Positions 1 to 8,980 of a stretch of 64,000 nucleotides of DNA are shown here, in pieces. The notes under the pieces were generated by a model that did not search any database, had not been told where the DNA came from, and saw only the letters and a list, made by a program, of their open reading frames with translations. A program made the translations under genes and the position numbers. The DNA comes from a virus, in the IMG/VR virus record IMGVR_UViG_3300036861_001052, positions 64,001 to 128,000 of that record; one strand, 5' to 3'. How positions within the stretch are numbered: the first letter of the stretch is position 1; each line of letters begins with the position of its first letter.

Positions 1-2
1 AC

Positions 3-182
3 AGGAAGGCTTACTACGATCGCGAAGCGGCGACCGATGACGCCGAGCTCATCGTCGCGAAAGATCGCAACGGTCCGACCGGCACGGTGCCGCTCCGCTT
101 CGTCGACGAGTACGTGCGCTTCTACGAGCGCGCCGAAGAGACCTACGACGATCTCACCCAGAACTTCGCCGAGGACCGATGA
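3..182 (+). CDS. dnaB: Replicative DNA helicase, C-terminal fragment (gene begins before window)
   Basis: Frame 3 reads RKAYYDREAATDDAELIVAKDRNGPTGTVPLRFVDEYVRF, the typical DnaB C-terminal motif; not in ORF track. Confidence 0.9.
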   Translation, partial: RKAYYDREAATDDAELIVAKDRNGPTGTVPLRFVDEYVRFYERAEETYDDLTQNFAEDR

Positions 183-391
183 GCGCCGTCACATGTGTGC
201 TCGGATACATTCTGGTCGGCATCGTGATCTCGCTCGGGATGCTCAGCATCGACGTCGTCCAGCACTGGCGTGGCAAGAACGACGGCGAGCACGACATGGA
301 CTTTCTGGTGAACAACATCGTCATCTGGCCGGTCACGGTCGTCGTCGTCCTCCGCGAGACGTGGCGGATGCATCGCGAGAAGAATCGGTGA
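179..391 (+). CDS. Small membrane protein
   Basis: ATGA overlap with dnaB; two hydrophobic segments. Confidence 0.7.
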   Translation: MSAVTCVLGYILVGIVISLGMLSIDVVQHWRGKNDGEHDMDFLVNNIVIWPVTVVVVLRETWRMHREKNR

Positions 392-651
392 CGGGCAGGA
401 AACCGGTAGTCTTTCTCGCCGAGTTCGACGACGGCGAGATGCACGCTTGCCGTGCTGCCGACGACATGGAGATCGTAAACCGACCGATGTGCGGCAAGGT
501 CGCGGCCTACCGGTCCCAGGGCGAGAGCGGGACCTTCGTGTGCGACGCTTGCATCCCGCTTCTCGCCGCGGCGCTCGGCATCGATCCGGACGACTTCGCC
601 CGGAGGCTCGAAGCCGTGAAGTCGGGGCGTGACGATCCGGACGGTTCTTAG
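388..651 (+). CDS. Hypothetical protein (Cys-containing)
   Basis: GTGA overlap; VTGRKPVVFLAEF...CDAC. Confidence 0.6.
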   Translation: MTGRKPVVFLAEFDDGEMHACRAADDMEIVNRPMCGKVAAYRSQGESGTFVCDACIPLLAAALGIDPDDFARRLEAVKSGRDDPDGS

Positions 652-679
652 CCGAAAAAGACGGGGGCGCGCCGAAGGC

Positions 680-708
680 TTGAGCACGCCGCCCGTACGG
701 CGTACTCT
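680..708 (+). promoter_or_regulatory. Sigma70-like promoter
   Basis: TTGAGC-17nt-TACTCT ending 7 nt before GTG 716. Confidence 0.5.
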
Positions 709-715
709 CGTAGGC

Positions 716-2419
716 GTGTCAGACGAGCTCGAGCTGTACGACATCCCGCCGGCCTTCCAGAACCGGCTGCTCCGTTGGCTCGACAAGACCGGCGAGTCGC
801 TGACGATCACCGCGTTGTTCAAGGACCTGAGAAGCACGCCCTCGGTTCCGCACTTCCTGGTCACGCCGAAAGACGCGCGCGATGGATCGTCGGAACACCG
901 GAGTCTCGAGCACGCCCTGAACCACGCCATGGGCTCACGAGCCGAGACCAGGTACATCGGCAAGAAGTTCGAGAAGCGAGTGCACGCCTGGCTCGCCGAA
1001 CACGAGGGACGCATCGTGATCCGCGGCGCTGGAAACGAATTCAGGCTGACGCTGTCGGTCCCGGGAGCGAGCGTCGAGGTCTCGGACGAAGATCTCGAAG
1101 TCGCGCTCGTCATCGCGGAAGACGAGCTAGAGCTCCAGAGCATCGAGCCGGAGCCCGAGACGCGCGAGGCGATGACTCGCGCAGCGCCAACGCGCGCCGC
1201 GAGAACGCACCGGATGACGTTCGAGGACGAGCCCGAGACAGTTGCCGCGCCGACACGGATGGCCGAGACGCGCGCCACGGCGACGAAGCTCTTCGGCGGC
1301 GACACCGATCGCACGATGCGCGAAGCCGGCCTCGAGCCGAACCGTGACTACCCGGAAGAGTTTGCGCAGGGTGCGCGCTGCGGTCACCTCGAAGGCAAGG
1401 GCCGCGCGGGACAGTACGTGATCGGCGAAGAGATCCGGCTCGCCGAAGAAGCGACGGACGCGCAGGGCCTTCCGCGCGCCGCGGCGCGCGAGTGGTGCGC
1501 CGGCTACACGCACGGCTACCGGCGAGCCGCCGAGGGCTCCGAGCTCGAACGCGACTACTGCGAGCCGTGGCTCGAAGAGAATTCTCGCTGGTCTCGCGCG
1601 TACGTGAACAGCTTGCCGGACTCGGCGTTCTTGCACGTCGAGCCAGGCGGAAAGAAAGACCGCATCGGTCGCAGTCACCCGCTCTCGCTCCGGCACTTGC
1701 CGTACAAGAATCGCTCGGGTCGCATCGACCGCGCGCATCTTCGCGCGGCGCTCTCGCGCTCGCATCAGGCAAAGACGAAGCTCCCCGCGCGGGTGAAAGA
1801 GCAAGCGTTCCGGCGGGCGCAGGAGCTCTACCGGCGCGAGTACGGCGAGGCCGACTACGAACTTGCCGCAAACGCTTCCCGACTGCCTCGGCCACGGCCG
1901 AGCATGCGCGGCCGGGAGCTTCCGTCGACGACCGAGCTCGTCGAGCGCGAAGAAGCGCGCACTCGGCGAGAGCAGAGGCCGTTCGATCCGGAAGAGCGGC
2001 GGGAGCCCTACGCGCGCACGCACCACTTTGCCGTGAACCGGCATGCCGACCGGGACATGCTTCGCGAGGTAGCGCTCGGCGACACTGGCTACGTGCTCGT
2101 GCTCTGGGACACGCACAACGTCGACCGGATGGGTAAGAGCATCCTCGGCTATGCGTTCTACGCACCCGATGAAGAAGCACCGCTCTTCGAGGGCGAGGAC
2201 TACGGCGCCTCGCCCATGCACGCGATCGACTCGGACGAATCGGTGCGCGGTCTCATCGGCTTTCTGACGCTGAGGCCGGGCGACACCGATCGCGAATACT
2301 TCTCCGGCTACACGGAGCGCCAGCTCGACTTCGCGCGCGGTGACGCCGAAGGCCTGCAAGAGTTCGGGATGGAGCCCGAGGCCGGATACGAGCAGCCTCC
2401 GCTCGTCGACGTCCGATGA
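716..2419 (+). CDS. Multidomain protein with LPDSAF...RHLPY...DRAHLRAALSR module (DUF6582-like, tentative)
   Basis: Track ORF 629..2419; GTG 716 preferred because of the promoter; modules separated by LEPN, LEEN, LAAN, FAVN. Confidence 0.75.
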   Translation: MSDELELYDIPPAFQNRLLRWLDKTGESLTITALFKDLRSTPSVPHFLVTPKDARDGSSEHRSLEHALNHAMGSRAETRYIGKKFEKRVHAWLAEHEGRIVIRGAGNEFRLTLSVPGASVEVSDEDLEVALVIAEDELELQSIEPEPETREAMTRAAPTRAARTHRMTFEDEPETVAAPTRMAETRATATKLFGGDTDRTMREAGLEPNRDYPEEFAQGARCGHLEGKGRAGQYVIGEEIRLAEEATDAQGLPRAAAREWCAGYTHGYRRAAEGSELERDYCEPWLEENSRWSRAYVNSLPDSAFLHVEPGGKKDRIGRSHPLSLRHLPYKNRSGRIDRAHLRAALSRSHQAKTKLPARVKEQAFRRAQELYRREYGEADYELAANASRLPRPRPSMRGRELPSTTELVEREEARTRREQRPFDPEERREPYARTHHFAVNRHADRDMLREVALGDTGYVLVLWDTHNVDRMGKSILGYAFYAPDEEAPLFEGEDYGASPMHAIDSDESVRGLIGFLTLRPGDTDREYFSGYTERQLDFARGDAEGLQEFGMEPEAGYEQPPLVDVR

Positions 2420-3366
2420 CGGGCTACGCGCTTGGCCTCGTCGTAAACCCGAAGCTCGCGCGGCCCGTCCTCGCGTACTGGGACGGCCGCGAGATGGATA
2501 TCTTGGCGCTCGACGACGACGAGTGGCTTTCGATCGGCACGGGCTACTACGGCGACACCGATGATCCGGCAACGAGCGCGACCGGCTATCCTCGCTCGCA
2601 CACGCCGAGCGGCGTCCAGATCAAGAAGCAGGGCTACGGCACGTGTCTCTACACGGCGCTCTGCTTGGGCGCGCACCACAACGCCGACGGGGCGCTCAGG
2701 CTCTTTCGCTACGGCCCCGACGGCGACGGCATCTCGTCTGAGTCGAACAGCCGGAGCACGGAGGCAGATCACTGGTGGAGCCGCGCTAAGGAGCTCGGCC
2801 TGGCTAGCGAAGTGGTCGAAGATCAGACCGAGGAGGGCGTCGACGTCACGAGCGAGCTCTCGGACATCGTCTCGGGTCAAGAGGTCGACGGGAAGCTCGT
2901 GAGCTACGTGAACACGATCAACGTCGACGTCGAAGCGAGCGTGACGGCCGACGTGTACCCCTACGACAACGCCGAGGACCACGACCTAGTGCTTGCCGAA
3001 TTCGTCGCGGACATTCCGTTCACGGGCGTCGAGTCGCTCTGGACGATGATCCGAGACCGAGAGTCCACGGACTTGAAGCTTCTGGTGCACGCCGAGCGGA
3101 TCCTCGCGTGCGACGTCCGAGGCCTCTCGGTCTCCGCCATGAACCTCCTCGGCATCCTCGCCGAGCGCGGCGGCGCGCCCGAAGAAGATCTCCATGCGCT
3201 GCGTTTCCGGTGGGAGCACGGGCTCGACCCTGGGGCGCCCGTGAAGCAGATGCGCCTGCCGTTCAAGGCAAATAGCTCCGAGGCCCGGCAAGCGACTGAG
3301 ATCCTAAAGGCCACCAAAATGCTGCGGTCCGAGACCGGTTGGGACGACCTCCGCACGCTGCCGTAG
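2416..3366 (+). CDS. GNAT-like acetyltransferase domain protein
   Basis: KKQGYGTCLY resembles GNAT motif A; downstream S..A..WW pattern. Confidence 0.5.
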   Translation: MTGYALGLVVNPKLARPVLAYWDGREMDILALDDDEWLSIGTGYYGDTDDPATSATGYPRSHTPSGVQIKKQGYGTCLYTALCLGAHHNADGALRLFRYGPDGDGISSESNSRSTEADHWWSRAKELGLASEVVEDQTEEGVDVTSELSDIVSGQEVDGKLVSYVNTINVDVEASVTADVYPYDNAEDHDLVLAEFVADIPFTGVESLWTMIRDRESTDLKLLVHAERILACDVRGLSVSAMNLLGILAERGGAPEEDLHALRFRWEHGLDPGAPVKQMRLPFKANSSEARQATEILKATKMLRSETGWDDLRTLP

Positions 3367-3400
3367 ACAGACGGCGCCCCGGTCGGATATTCTCCGGGCC

Positions 3401-3994
3401 ATGGCATTCACGAACGTCTTCTACGAGAACGCCGACCTCTTCGCCCTGTCGTTTCCGGCGCCGGCCACGTCGCTCTTGGTCAAGACCGTAGAGGCCGCGG
3501 AAGCTCCGGTGATGGAAGCGCTCGTGCAAGAAGCGCTCGACGAAGTCACCGCCCAGAACGTACTCATCGCAGCGGCGATCCCGGACGAAGCCGGCGTGCT
3601 CCTGACGCTCGCCGACGCAGATCTCGCAGGAGCCGGTGACGGTCACACGTTCGTGACGACGCTCTTCTTCGTTCCCTCCGACCTGAACGGCATTCAGGAG
3701 ATCTTGGGCTCCGGAGCGCTGCTACCGAACCTCTTCCGGTTCAAGTTCGGCCTGGCGAGCGAAGACGAGTCTTTCGCGACCGAGATCAATAGCGCCATCA
3801 CGCGCAACATCGGTGAGTTCGATATGCCGGCGATCTTCCAGTTCACGCGAGGTGCTGCCAAGGGAACGCGGTTCATGTTCGGCGTCGGCGGGATCCCGGA
3901 AGGCATCAGCGAGTCCCGCCTCGGTAACCGCACCGGCCTCCGCGCGAAGCTCTTCGCTGCCGGGGTCGCCGCCAAGGGCGAGCCGACCGGCTGA
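3401..3994 (+). CDS. Stand-alone paralogue of the fibre N-terminal domain
   Basis: Shares LAGAGDG.xF, LAS.(D/E)(D/E) and GAxKG..FM with 38171 and 40991. Confidence 0.75.
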   Translation: MAFTNVFYENADLFALSFPAPATSLLVKTVEAAEAPVMEALVQEALDEVTAQNVLIAAAIPDEAGVLLTLADADLAGAGDGHTFVTTLFFVPSDLNGIQEILGSGALLPNLFRFKFGLASEDESFATEINSAITRNIGEFDMPAIFQFTRGAAKGTRFMFGVGGIPEGISESRLGNRTGLRAKLFAAGVAAKGEPTG

Positions 3995-4075
3995 AAACGT
4001 GCGCCCGGGCTAGCCCGGGGCCGTTCGGGCTTGAGGCAGAGCCGGCCTCTGCCGTATCCTTCGGGGACTCCGGGC

Positions 4076-4438
4076 ATGTCCGACCCCGTGAACCATCCGC
4101 GGCACTACAACGTGCACCCGTCGGGTCTCGAAGCGATCGAGATCTGCGAGCACCTCTCGTTCTGCGTCGGCAACGCCGTCAAGTACGTCTGGCGCGCCGG
4201 CGAAAAGGGCGACCGGATCGAAGATCTGAGAAAAGCCGAATGGTACCTCACCCGGCAGCGGTCGCAACGGTGGGGCCACGAAGAGCTCCAAAGCACATGG
4301 TTGCAAGACAGGCTCCAGCGCTTGTGGCAGCCGTACCCTGAGCACGACTTCCTCGGGAAGTTTCTCTGGTATCTCGTGACTCGCAGTCTCGAGGAAGCGC
4401 GCACGCTCGTGCGGGAAGAGATCAAGAAGGCGTCGTGA
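4076..4438 (+). CDS. DUF3310 family phage protein
   Basis: DPVNHPRHY...EAIEI...GNAVKYVWRAGEKG...EDLRKAEWYL. Confidence 0.9.
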   Translation: MSDPVNHPRHYNVHPSGLEAIEICEHLSFCVGNAVKYVWRAGEKGDRIEDLRKAEWYLTRQRSQRWGHEELQSTWLQDRLQRLWQPYPEHDFLGKFLWYLVTRSLEEARTLVREEIKKAS

Positions 4439-4749
4439 CGCGCAAGCTCTACGCCGCAATCGGGCTCTCGAACGCCGAGGCCGACGCGCTCGAGTGGGCG
4501 CTGCACCTCGAGAAGGGGCTCGACGGCGCCGCGACCGGTACGGGCAGAAACCTTCGCCTGAGGACGATGCGCGCGCTCGAGAAGCGCGGCTACGTCGAAG
4601 AGACGTATGCCGTGATGGTCGACGACGACGGCTTCCATCTCGAGCCAGAGCGTGAGCGGCGCTGCTTTCGGCTGACCGAGGCGGGTCGAGCAAAGGCGCA
4701 CGAGGCGCTGCGTGTCGACTCCGAGCGTTACCTCCGGAGCGCGTCGTGA
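4435..4749 (+). CDS. Winged-helix-like hypothetical protein
   Basis: TMRALEKRGYVE...FRLTEAGR. Confidence 0.6.
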   Translation: MTRKLYAAIGLSNAEADALEWALHLEKGLDGAATGTGRNLRLRTMRALEKRGYVEETYAVMVDDDGFHLEPERERRCFRLTEAGRAKAHEALRVDSERYLRSAS

Positions 4750-5138
4750 AGTACGAAGACGTCCCGCCGCTCTATCGCGACACATGGGCGACGTACGATG
4801 CGCTTAGGCGCCTTGGGTTTCGAGACGAGCAGATCAGTCACGTCGCCAGTAACGTCGTCATGGCCGACGGCAGGGTGCTCGACGGCGAGCAGATCGTCGT
4901 CGTGCTCACGGCAGACTGTCGCGACGTGAAGTTCACGATAGGGCCGCTCGATAGGCCGTTCGAGGAGGCCCGGGCCTTGCTCGAGGCTGTGCGGTGTGCG
5001 GTTGCCGACGGAAGCCTCGACGACCGTACGCTCCTCCGTCTCTGGGACACGAGCCCGCTCGGGCGGCTCCAGGTCTTCGAGGCGATGGTGCTCACGGTGA
5101 TGGAAAAGGGCATCACGATCCCTGTCTTCCAGAACTAG
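4746..5138 (+). CDS. Hypothetical protein
   Basis: GTGA-coupled ORF with protein-like composition. Confidence 0.65.
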   Translation: MKYEDVPPLYRDTWATYDALRRLGFRDEQISHVASNVVMADGRVLDGEQIVVVLTADCRDVKFTIGPLDRPFEEARALLEAVRCAVADGSLDDRTLLRLWDTSPLGRLQVFEAMVLTVMEKGITIPVFQN

Positions 5139-5140
5139 CC

Positions 5141-5395
5141 ATGCAGAACAGGCCCTACACCACCAGCTGGCTAATGCAGCTCCAGAACGGATTCATGGTC
5201 GTGTATTGCTTGGCGGTCATCGGCACGATGTACCGGAGGTTCGGGCTGGACGCCGCGATGGCACCGCTCGCACTCGTGTTCTGTGGGTTCGTTTTCGGTC
5301 AGCGGATGCGGTTCACGAAGTGGGAGCGCGATATGGACGAAGAGCTCGAACGAGCGAAGCGCCTCCGGGCGGAGGCAGAGGAAGACGACGAATGA
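5141..5395 (+). CDS. Small two-TM membrane protein
   Basis: MQNRPY...; two hydrophobic helices then charged tail. Confidence 0.65.
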   Translation: MQNRPYTTSWLMQLQNGFMVVYCLAVIGTMYRRFGLDAAMAPLALVFCGFVFGQRMRFTKWERDMDEELERAKRLRAEAEEDDE

Positions 5396-5862
5396 CCGAA
5401 GCAGCCGAGAAGCCAGAGCCGTTCGATGTCGCGGACTACTACGATTGTCGCGAGTCGGAGGAGCTCACGAGCGAGACCGTGGAGGAGGAGCTCGAGCAGT
5501 TCATCGACAGAAACCTTTCTCCGGAATGCGACGTCACCGAGGAGATCCGGAAGATCTGTCCGATCGAGGTGGTGGCGCTCTCGCGAAAAGAGATCACGGA
5601 GCACTTCGTCCGCAGGGTTGCCGAAGAGTGCTACGCGCGGCTCGCGGAGCTCTTCCACGAGGAGTACGGCGAGATCGAAGGCGACTATGTCGACTTCGAC
5701 AAGGAGTCCGCCGAGCAGGTCATGAGGGACTTCGTGCCCGTCGTCCGGAAAGCCGCCGCGCGCGGCCACGTGTGGCAGTGCGAGCAAGTTGGCAAGCGCG
5801 AGTACGACTTCGAAGAAGTGCTCCGGCTCATGCGGGAGCACTGCCCGGAGTGGTTCGAATGA
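5392..5862 (+). CDS. Acidic hypothetical protein
   Basis: ATGA-coupled; MTEAAEKPEPF... Confidence 0.7.
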   Translation: MTEAAEKPEPFDVADYYDCRESEELTSETVEEELEQFIDRNLSPECDVTEEIRKICPIEVVALSRKEITEHFVRRVAEECYARLAELFHEEYGEIEGDYVDFDKESAEQVMRDFVPVVRKAAARGHVWQCEQVGKREYDFEEVLRLMREHCPEWFE

Positions 5863-6131
5863 AGGACGAGCTCTCGGTCGAAGAGCGGGACCATCTGCGC
5901 CGCCGGCTCGCAGCGCGCGTGGCTGACGAGAACGCGGTGCTCACGGCGCTCGGAGCTAAGCTCGGGGCCATCGAAGACGCGATCGGAAACTACTTCGTGT
6001 ATTGGGGCGCCGAGCACGAGAACGAGGACTGCCCGCAAGACGACGGGTGCGAGTGCCCGCGCTTGACCGCCCTGAACGAAGCGCTCTCGAATCTACGCGC
6101 CATCGTGCGGTCGCTGAGGGACGACACGTGA
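5859..6131 (+). CDS. Hypothetical protein (H/C motif HxxxxCPQDDGCEC)
   Basis: ATGA-coupled. Confidence 0.65.
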   Translation: MKDELSVEERDHLRRRLAARVADENAVLTALGAKLGAIEDAIGNYFVYWGAEHENEDCPQDDGCECPRLTALNEALSNLRAIVRSLRDDT

Positions 6132-6397
6132 CCACCGAGTCGGACGACGAGCTCTTTCCGCACGGGCGCGGCCCGGGCATAGAGCAGTCGACGCCGGTCG
6201 AATGCGATCAGTGCGGCAGGGTCATGTATCGGGCGACGGCGACCGGGATCAAGTACGGCGAAAACAACATCCGTCCGATCAGGATCACGATCGGCCACAA
6301 GAGGTTCTTGCTGTGCACGCGCCGGTGCTTGGATCAGCTGGTCACGTCGCTGTCCGATTCTGATCTCAGGGAGGGCGGTTGGCCGCTCCCGTGGTAA
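6128..6397 (+). CDS. Zn-finger hypothetical protein
   Basis: CDQC...CTRRC; GTGA-coupled. Confidence 0.6.
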   Translation: MTTESDDELFPHGRGPGIEQSTPVECDQCGRVMYRATATGIKYGENNIRPIRITIGHKRFLLCTRRCLDQLVTSLSDSDLREGGWPLPW

Positions 6398-6627
6398 TGA
6401 GCGGGCCGCGGTCGGTCACTCGCGATCTCTTCGATCGGTTGTCGGCGCCTGGGCGGCTCGTGAAGAGCTTCATGACGCATCTCGACGCGCTCGAAAAGTT
6501 TTTGGCCGCCGCGAGCGGTCATCCGCGGTCTCTTCACACGCCGGACGATAACTGCGCGCAGTGCGGCGCTCCGGAGCGGACGTTCCGGGCTTGGCTCCGG
6601 CTCCTTGCGTACTCGGAGCGCGAGTGA
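6397..6627 (+). CDS. Hypothetical protein
   Basis: TAATG overlap; CAQC. Confidence 0.55.
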   Translation: MSGPRSVTRDLFDRLSAPGRLVKSFMTHLDALEKFLAAASGHPRSLHTPDDNCAQCGAPERTFRAWLRLLAYSERE

Positions 6628-6857
6628 GCCGTCGCCGTCTAAACTTCGAGGTCTGGGAGCTGACGTACCCGACGCATGGTCGGATTTGGTCTCTGGCCGC
6701 TCCCGACGCGCGCGCCGCAGCGCGCCTGTGCAAGAAAGTGATCCCCAAGAACGTGCCGTATACTATCGAGCGTGCGCGCCCGCTGCGCGTCGAGTCCGTC
6801 GACCGCGAGCAGGGTATCGTGCGCCTGTCCCTTTCGCAGAAAAGGAAAAGCCTATGA
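6624..6857 (+). CDS. Hypothetical protein
   Basis: GTGA-coupled. Confidence 0.55.
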   Translation: MSRRRLNFEVWELTYPTHGRIWSLAAPDARAAARLCKKVIPKNVPYTIERARPLRVESVDREQGIVRLSLSQKRKSL

Positions 6858-7036
6858 CAGGAAGGCTTCGTGTGCGGCGTAGCCGGTTCCAGATGTTCCT
6901 CAGCGACGCTGAACGTGAGGAGCTCGATCGTCGGGCCCGGGCGGCAGGGATCAGTCGCAGTGCGTTGATCAGGCTCTGCGTCTTTGCTTCAGAAGATTGG
7001 CAGCGCGTTGCCAAAGAGCGAAGGAAGCGACAATGA
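6854..7036 (+). CDS. Ribbon-helix-helix (CopG-like) DNA-binding protein
   Basis: RFQMFLSDAEREELDRRARAAGISRSALIR. Confidence 0.8.
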   Translation: MTGRLRVRRSRFQMFLSDAEREELDRRARAAGISRSALIRLCVFASEDWQRVAKERRKRQ

Positions 7037-7425
7037 ACATCATCATCCAGTATTGGCCGCTCCTCGAGCGAGTGACGGACTCCGAGGGTAACCTGATCCG
7101 ATCGGGCAAGGGCTACAGGCGCACCAAGGAGCCCGGAATGGATCGCGAGGTCGAGGTCTTGGAGTTCGTGTCGGCGGCGCGCGTCCAGATCTACTTCGGC
7201 ACCGGCGACAGCCGGCTCTTTAGTCTCCGCACGGGCCGCGGCGTGCAGCTCCCGGACTGGATCATCCGGAAGGACTCGCTCAGGGCTCTCCGCGACAAGG
7301 CGCGCGAGCTCTTTCCCGAGGAAGTGAAGGCGCTCGACAAGGCCCTGAAGGCTCTATGTGGCAGCGCCACGCCGGCCGAGGCGCTGTCCGCCTCCGCCTC
7401 CCCCGCGAACGACGTCGCGGGCTGA
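7033..7425 (+). CDS. Hypothetical protein
   Basis: ATGA-coupled; MNIIIQYWP... Confidence 0.65.
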   Translation: MNIIIQYWPLLERVTDSEGNLIRSGKGYRRTKEPGMDREVEVLEFVSAARVQIYFGTGDSRLFSLRTGRGVQLPDWIIRKDSLRALRDKARELFPEEVKALDKALKALCGSATPAEALSASASPANDVAG

Positions 7426-7475
7426 CGGGCGCCCGCGCGGCGTGATATGCTCGGACGCAAAGGAGCCCTCCGCCG

Positions 7476-8012
7476 ATGGCGATCGACAAAGATCTCGAGC
7501 AGGCACTGGAGGCGCTCGCGCGCCGCGAGGGAAAGTCCGGAAGTGAGCTCCTCGGAGAGCTCCTCGGCGGCCGCGCGAAGGAGGCAGTAGCCGAAAAGGC
7601 GCCGCTCGCGCGCTCCGGGCCTGACGACAGGGAGCTCGGGCGCGCCGAGGCCATCGAGCGGCACCACGCGAACGATTTCCCCGGAACGCCGGTCGTCCGC
7701 TACCGGGAAGACCCCTACGGCGAGACCGCGGAAGAAGCGAAAGAGCGCTGGCTCGCCGAAGAAGCGGAGCTCATCGACGGCGTCCACGGGCTCGGAGGGC
7801 AGAGTGCAGGCGGGATTTTCGGCGACGCGGCGGTCGCGACCAGCATTTACGACCCGGGGGCCGAGCACCGAGCGCTAAGCCAGGCCGGCCACGCAGGGAG
7901 CCTCCGCCTGGCGCGCGTTCTCGAGCGGATCGAGCAGCGGCTAGACGCCGCGGAGCCCGCTCGGGCGTTGCCTGGCGGAAAACGCCGCCAGCTTGGCCGC
8001 GGAAACCGCTAA
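7476..8012 (+). CDS. Hypothetical protein with possible N-terminal RHH
   Basis: AAGGAG RBS; IDKDLEQALEALARREGKSGSELL. Confidence 0.65.
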   Translation: MAIDKDLEQALEALARREGKSGSELLGELLGGRAKEAVAEKAPLARSGPDDRELGRAEAIERHHANDFPGTPVVRYREDPYGETAEEAKERWLAEEAELIDGVHGLGGQSAGGIFGDAAVATSIYDPGAEHRALSQAGHAGSLRLARVLERIEQRLDAAEPARALPGGKRRQLGRGNR

Positions 8013-8027
8013 GCCCCCGGAACCACC

Positions 8028-8435
8028 GTGAAAACCGGTATTCCACGTGAAGTCTGGCCGAACGTCCAGGCCGCGGGCACCCTGATTTTCGCCGCCGACA
8101 CGGGGCGCGTACTTCTGCTCGACCGGACGGACGAGGGAGGGTGGTGTCAGCCTGGAGGCCATCGCGAGCCGGGCGAATCGGCCTGGCAGACTGCGCAGCG
8201 TGAGCTTGAAGAGGAGACCGGCCTCGCCTTTACCGGCGAGCCGGCCGGCGTTTTGCCGATTGAGACGCCGGCAGGCTGGGACTACGCGGTCTTCGTGCTT
8301 ATTGTCCCGACAGAAGCGGCTCCGGTGCTGAATTTCGAGCATCGGGCCTACACGTGGGCAGATCCGGACGACTGCGGGCCGCATTTGCACCCGGGGACGG
8401 CGGCCGCGCTCGATTACGCCAGGAGAAACCGATGA
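8028..8435 (+). CDS. Nudix hydrolase
   Basis: Nudix box GGHREPGESAWQTAQRELEEETGL. Confidence 0.92.
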   Translation: MKTGIPREVWPNVQAAGTLIFAADTGRVLLLDRTDEGGWCQPGGHREPGESAWQTAQRELEEETGLAFTGEPAGVLPIETPAGWDYAVFVLIVPTEAAPVLNFEHRAYTWADPDDCGPHLHPGTAAALDYARRNR

Positions 8436-8899
8436 ACCCGTGGGTTATCACCTCGATAGTGCTCGCGATATTCGTGGCTTACGTCTACTTCGCGCGGAGA
8501 GCGCAAAAACGCTTCCGGAGGGAGCTCCTCCAGGTCGGAGAGCGCGCTCGTAAGCACGAGCGGCGCGCCGACGAGTACCTGGGGCTCATTTTGGGCCTGG
8601 AAGGAGAGCGAGACACGTGGCAGCGCTTCTACTTCGAGGCGGCTCACAAGTCGGGGGTCGCCCAAAACTGGCTTTTGCGAGATTTGCAGGGCGCCGTCCT
8701 CCGAGCGAACGCTTTTGCTCAAGAACTCCGAAAAAGAGGCGTCAAAGCGGCCGACGTTATCGTCGACCCGGCCCTAAAAGAGGTGCTCGGCGAGTACGCC
8801 CAGGAGCATCCGGCGGCTCCGGAGGCCGTTCCGAAGGCCCCAGGACTCGAAGAAGCGAAAAAACTGGACGCCGGGCTCGGAGTCGACCGGCCCGCCTGA
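8432..8899 (+). CDS. N-terminally anchored coiled-coil membrane protein
   Basis: AGGAGA RBS; MNPWVITSIVLAIFVAYVYF then heptad-like region. Confidence 0.75.
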   Translation: MNPWVITSIVLAIFVAYVYFARRAQKRFRRELLQVGERARKHERRADEYLGLILGLEGERDTWQRFYFEAAHKSGVAQNWLLRDLQGAVLRANAFAQELRKRGVKAADVIVDPALKEVLGEYAQEHPAAPEAVPKAPGLEEAKKLDAGLGVDRPA

Positions 8900-8942
8900 C
8901 GAAGTTGTGTACACAGGTGTGCTAGCAGGATAGCTACACACC

Positions 8943-8971
8943 TTGCCCCGGGCTAGCCTGGTGCTTAGTGT
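8943..8971 (+). promoter_or_regulatory. Sigma70-like promoter with GGCTAGCC palindrome in spacer
   Basis: TTGCCC-17nt-TAGTGT, 9 nt before ATG 8981. Confidence 0.5.
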
Positions 8972-8980
8972 GTGGCCTAA

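Noticed and set aside
629-715. N-terminal extension of the 596-aa ORF
   Set aside because: Overlaps the previous gene and a promoter-like sequence; GTG 716 is more plausible
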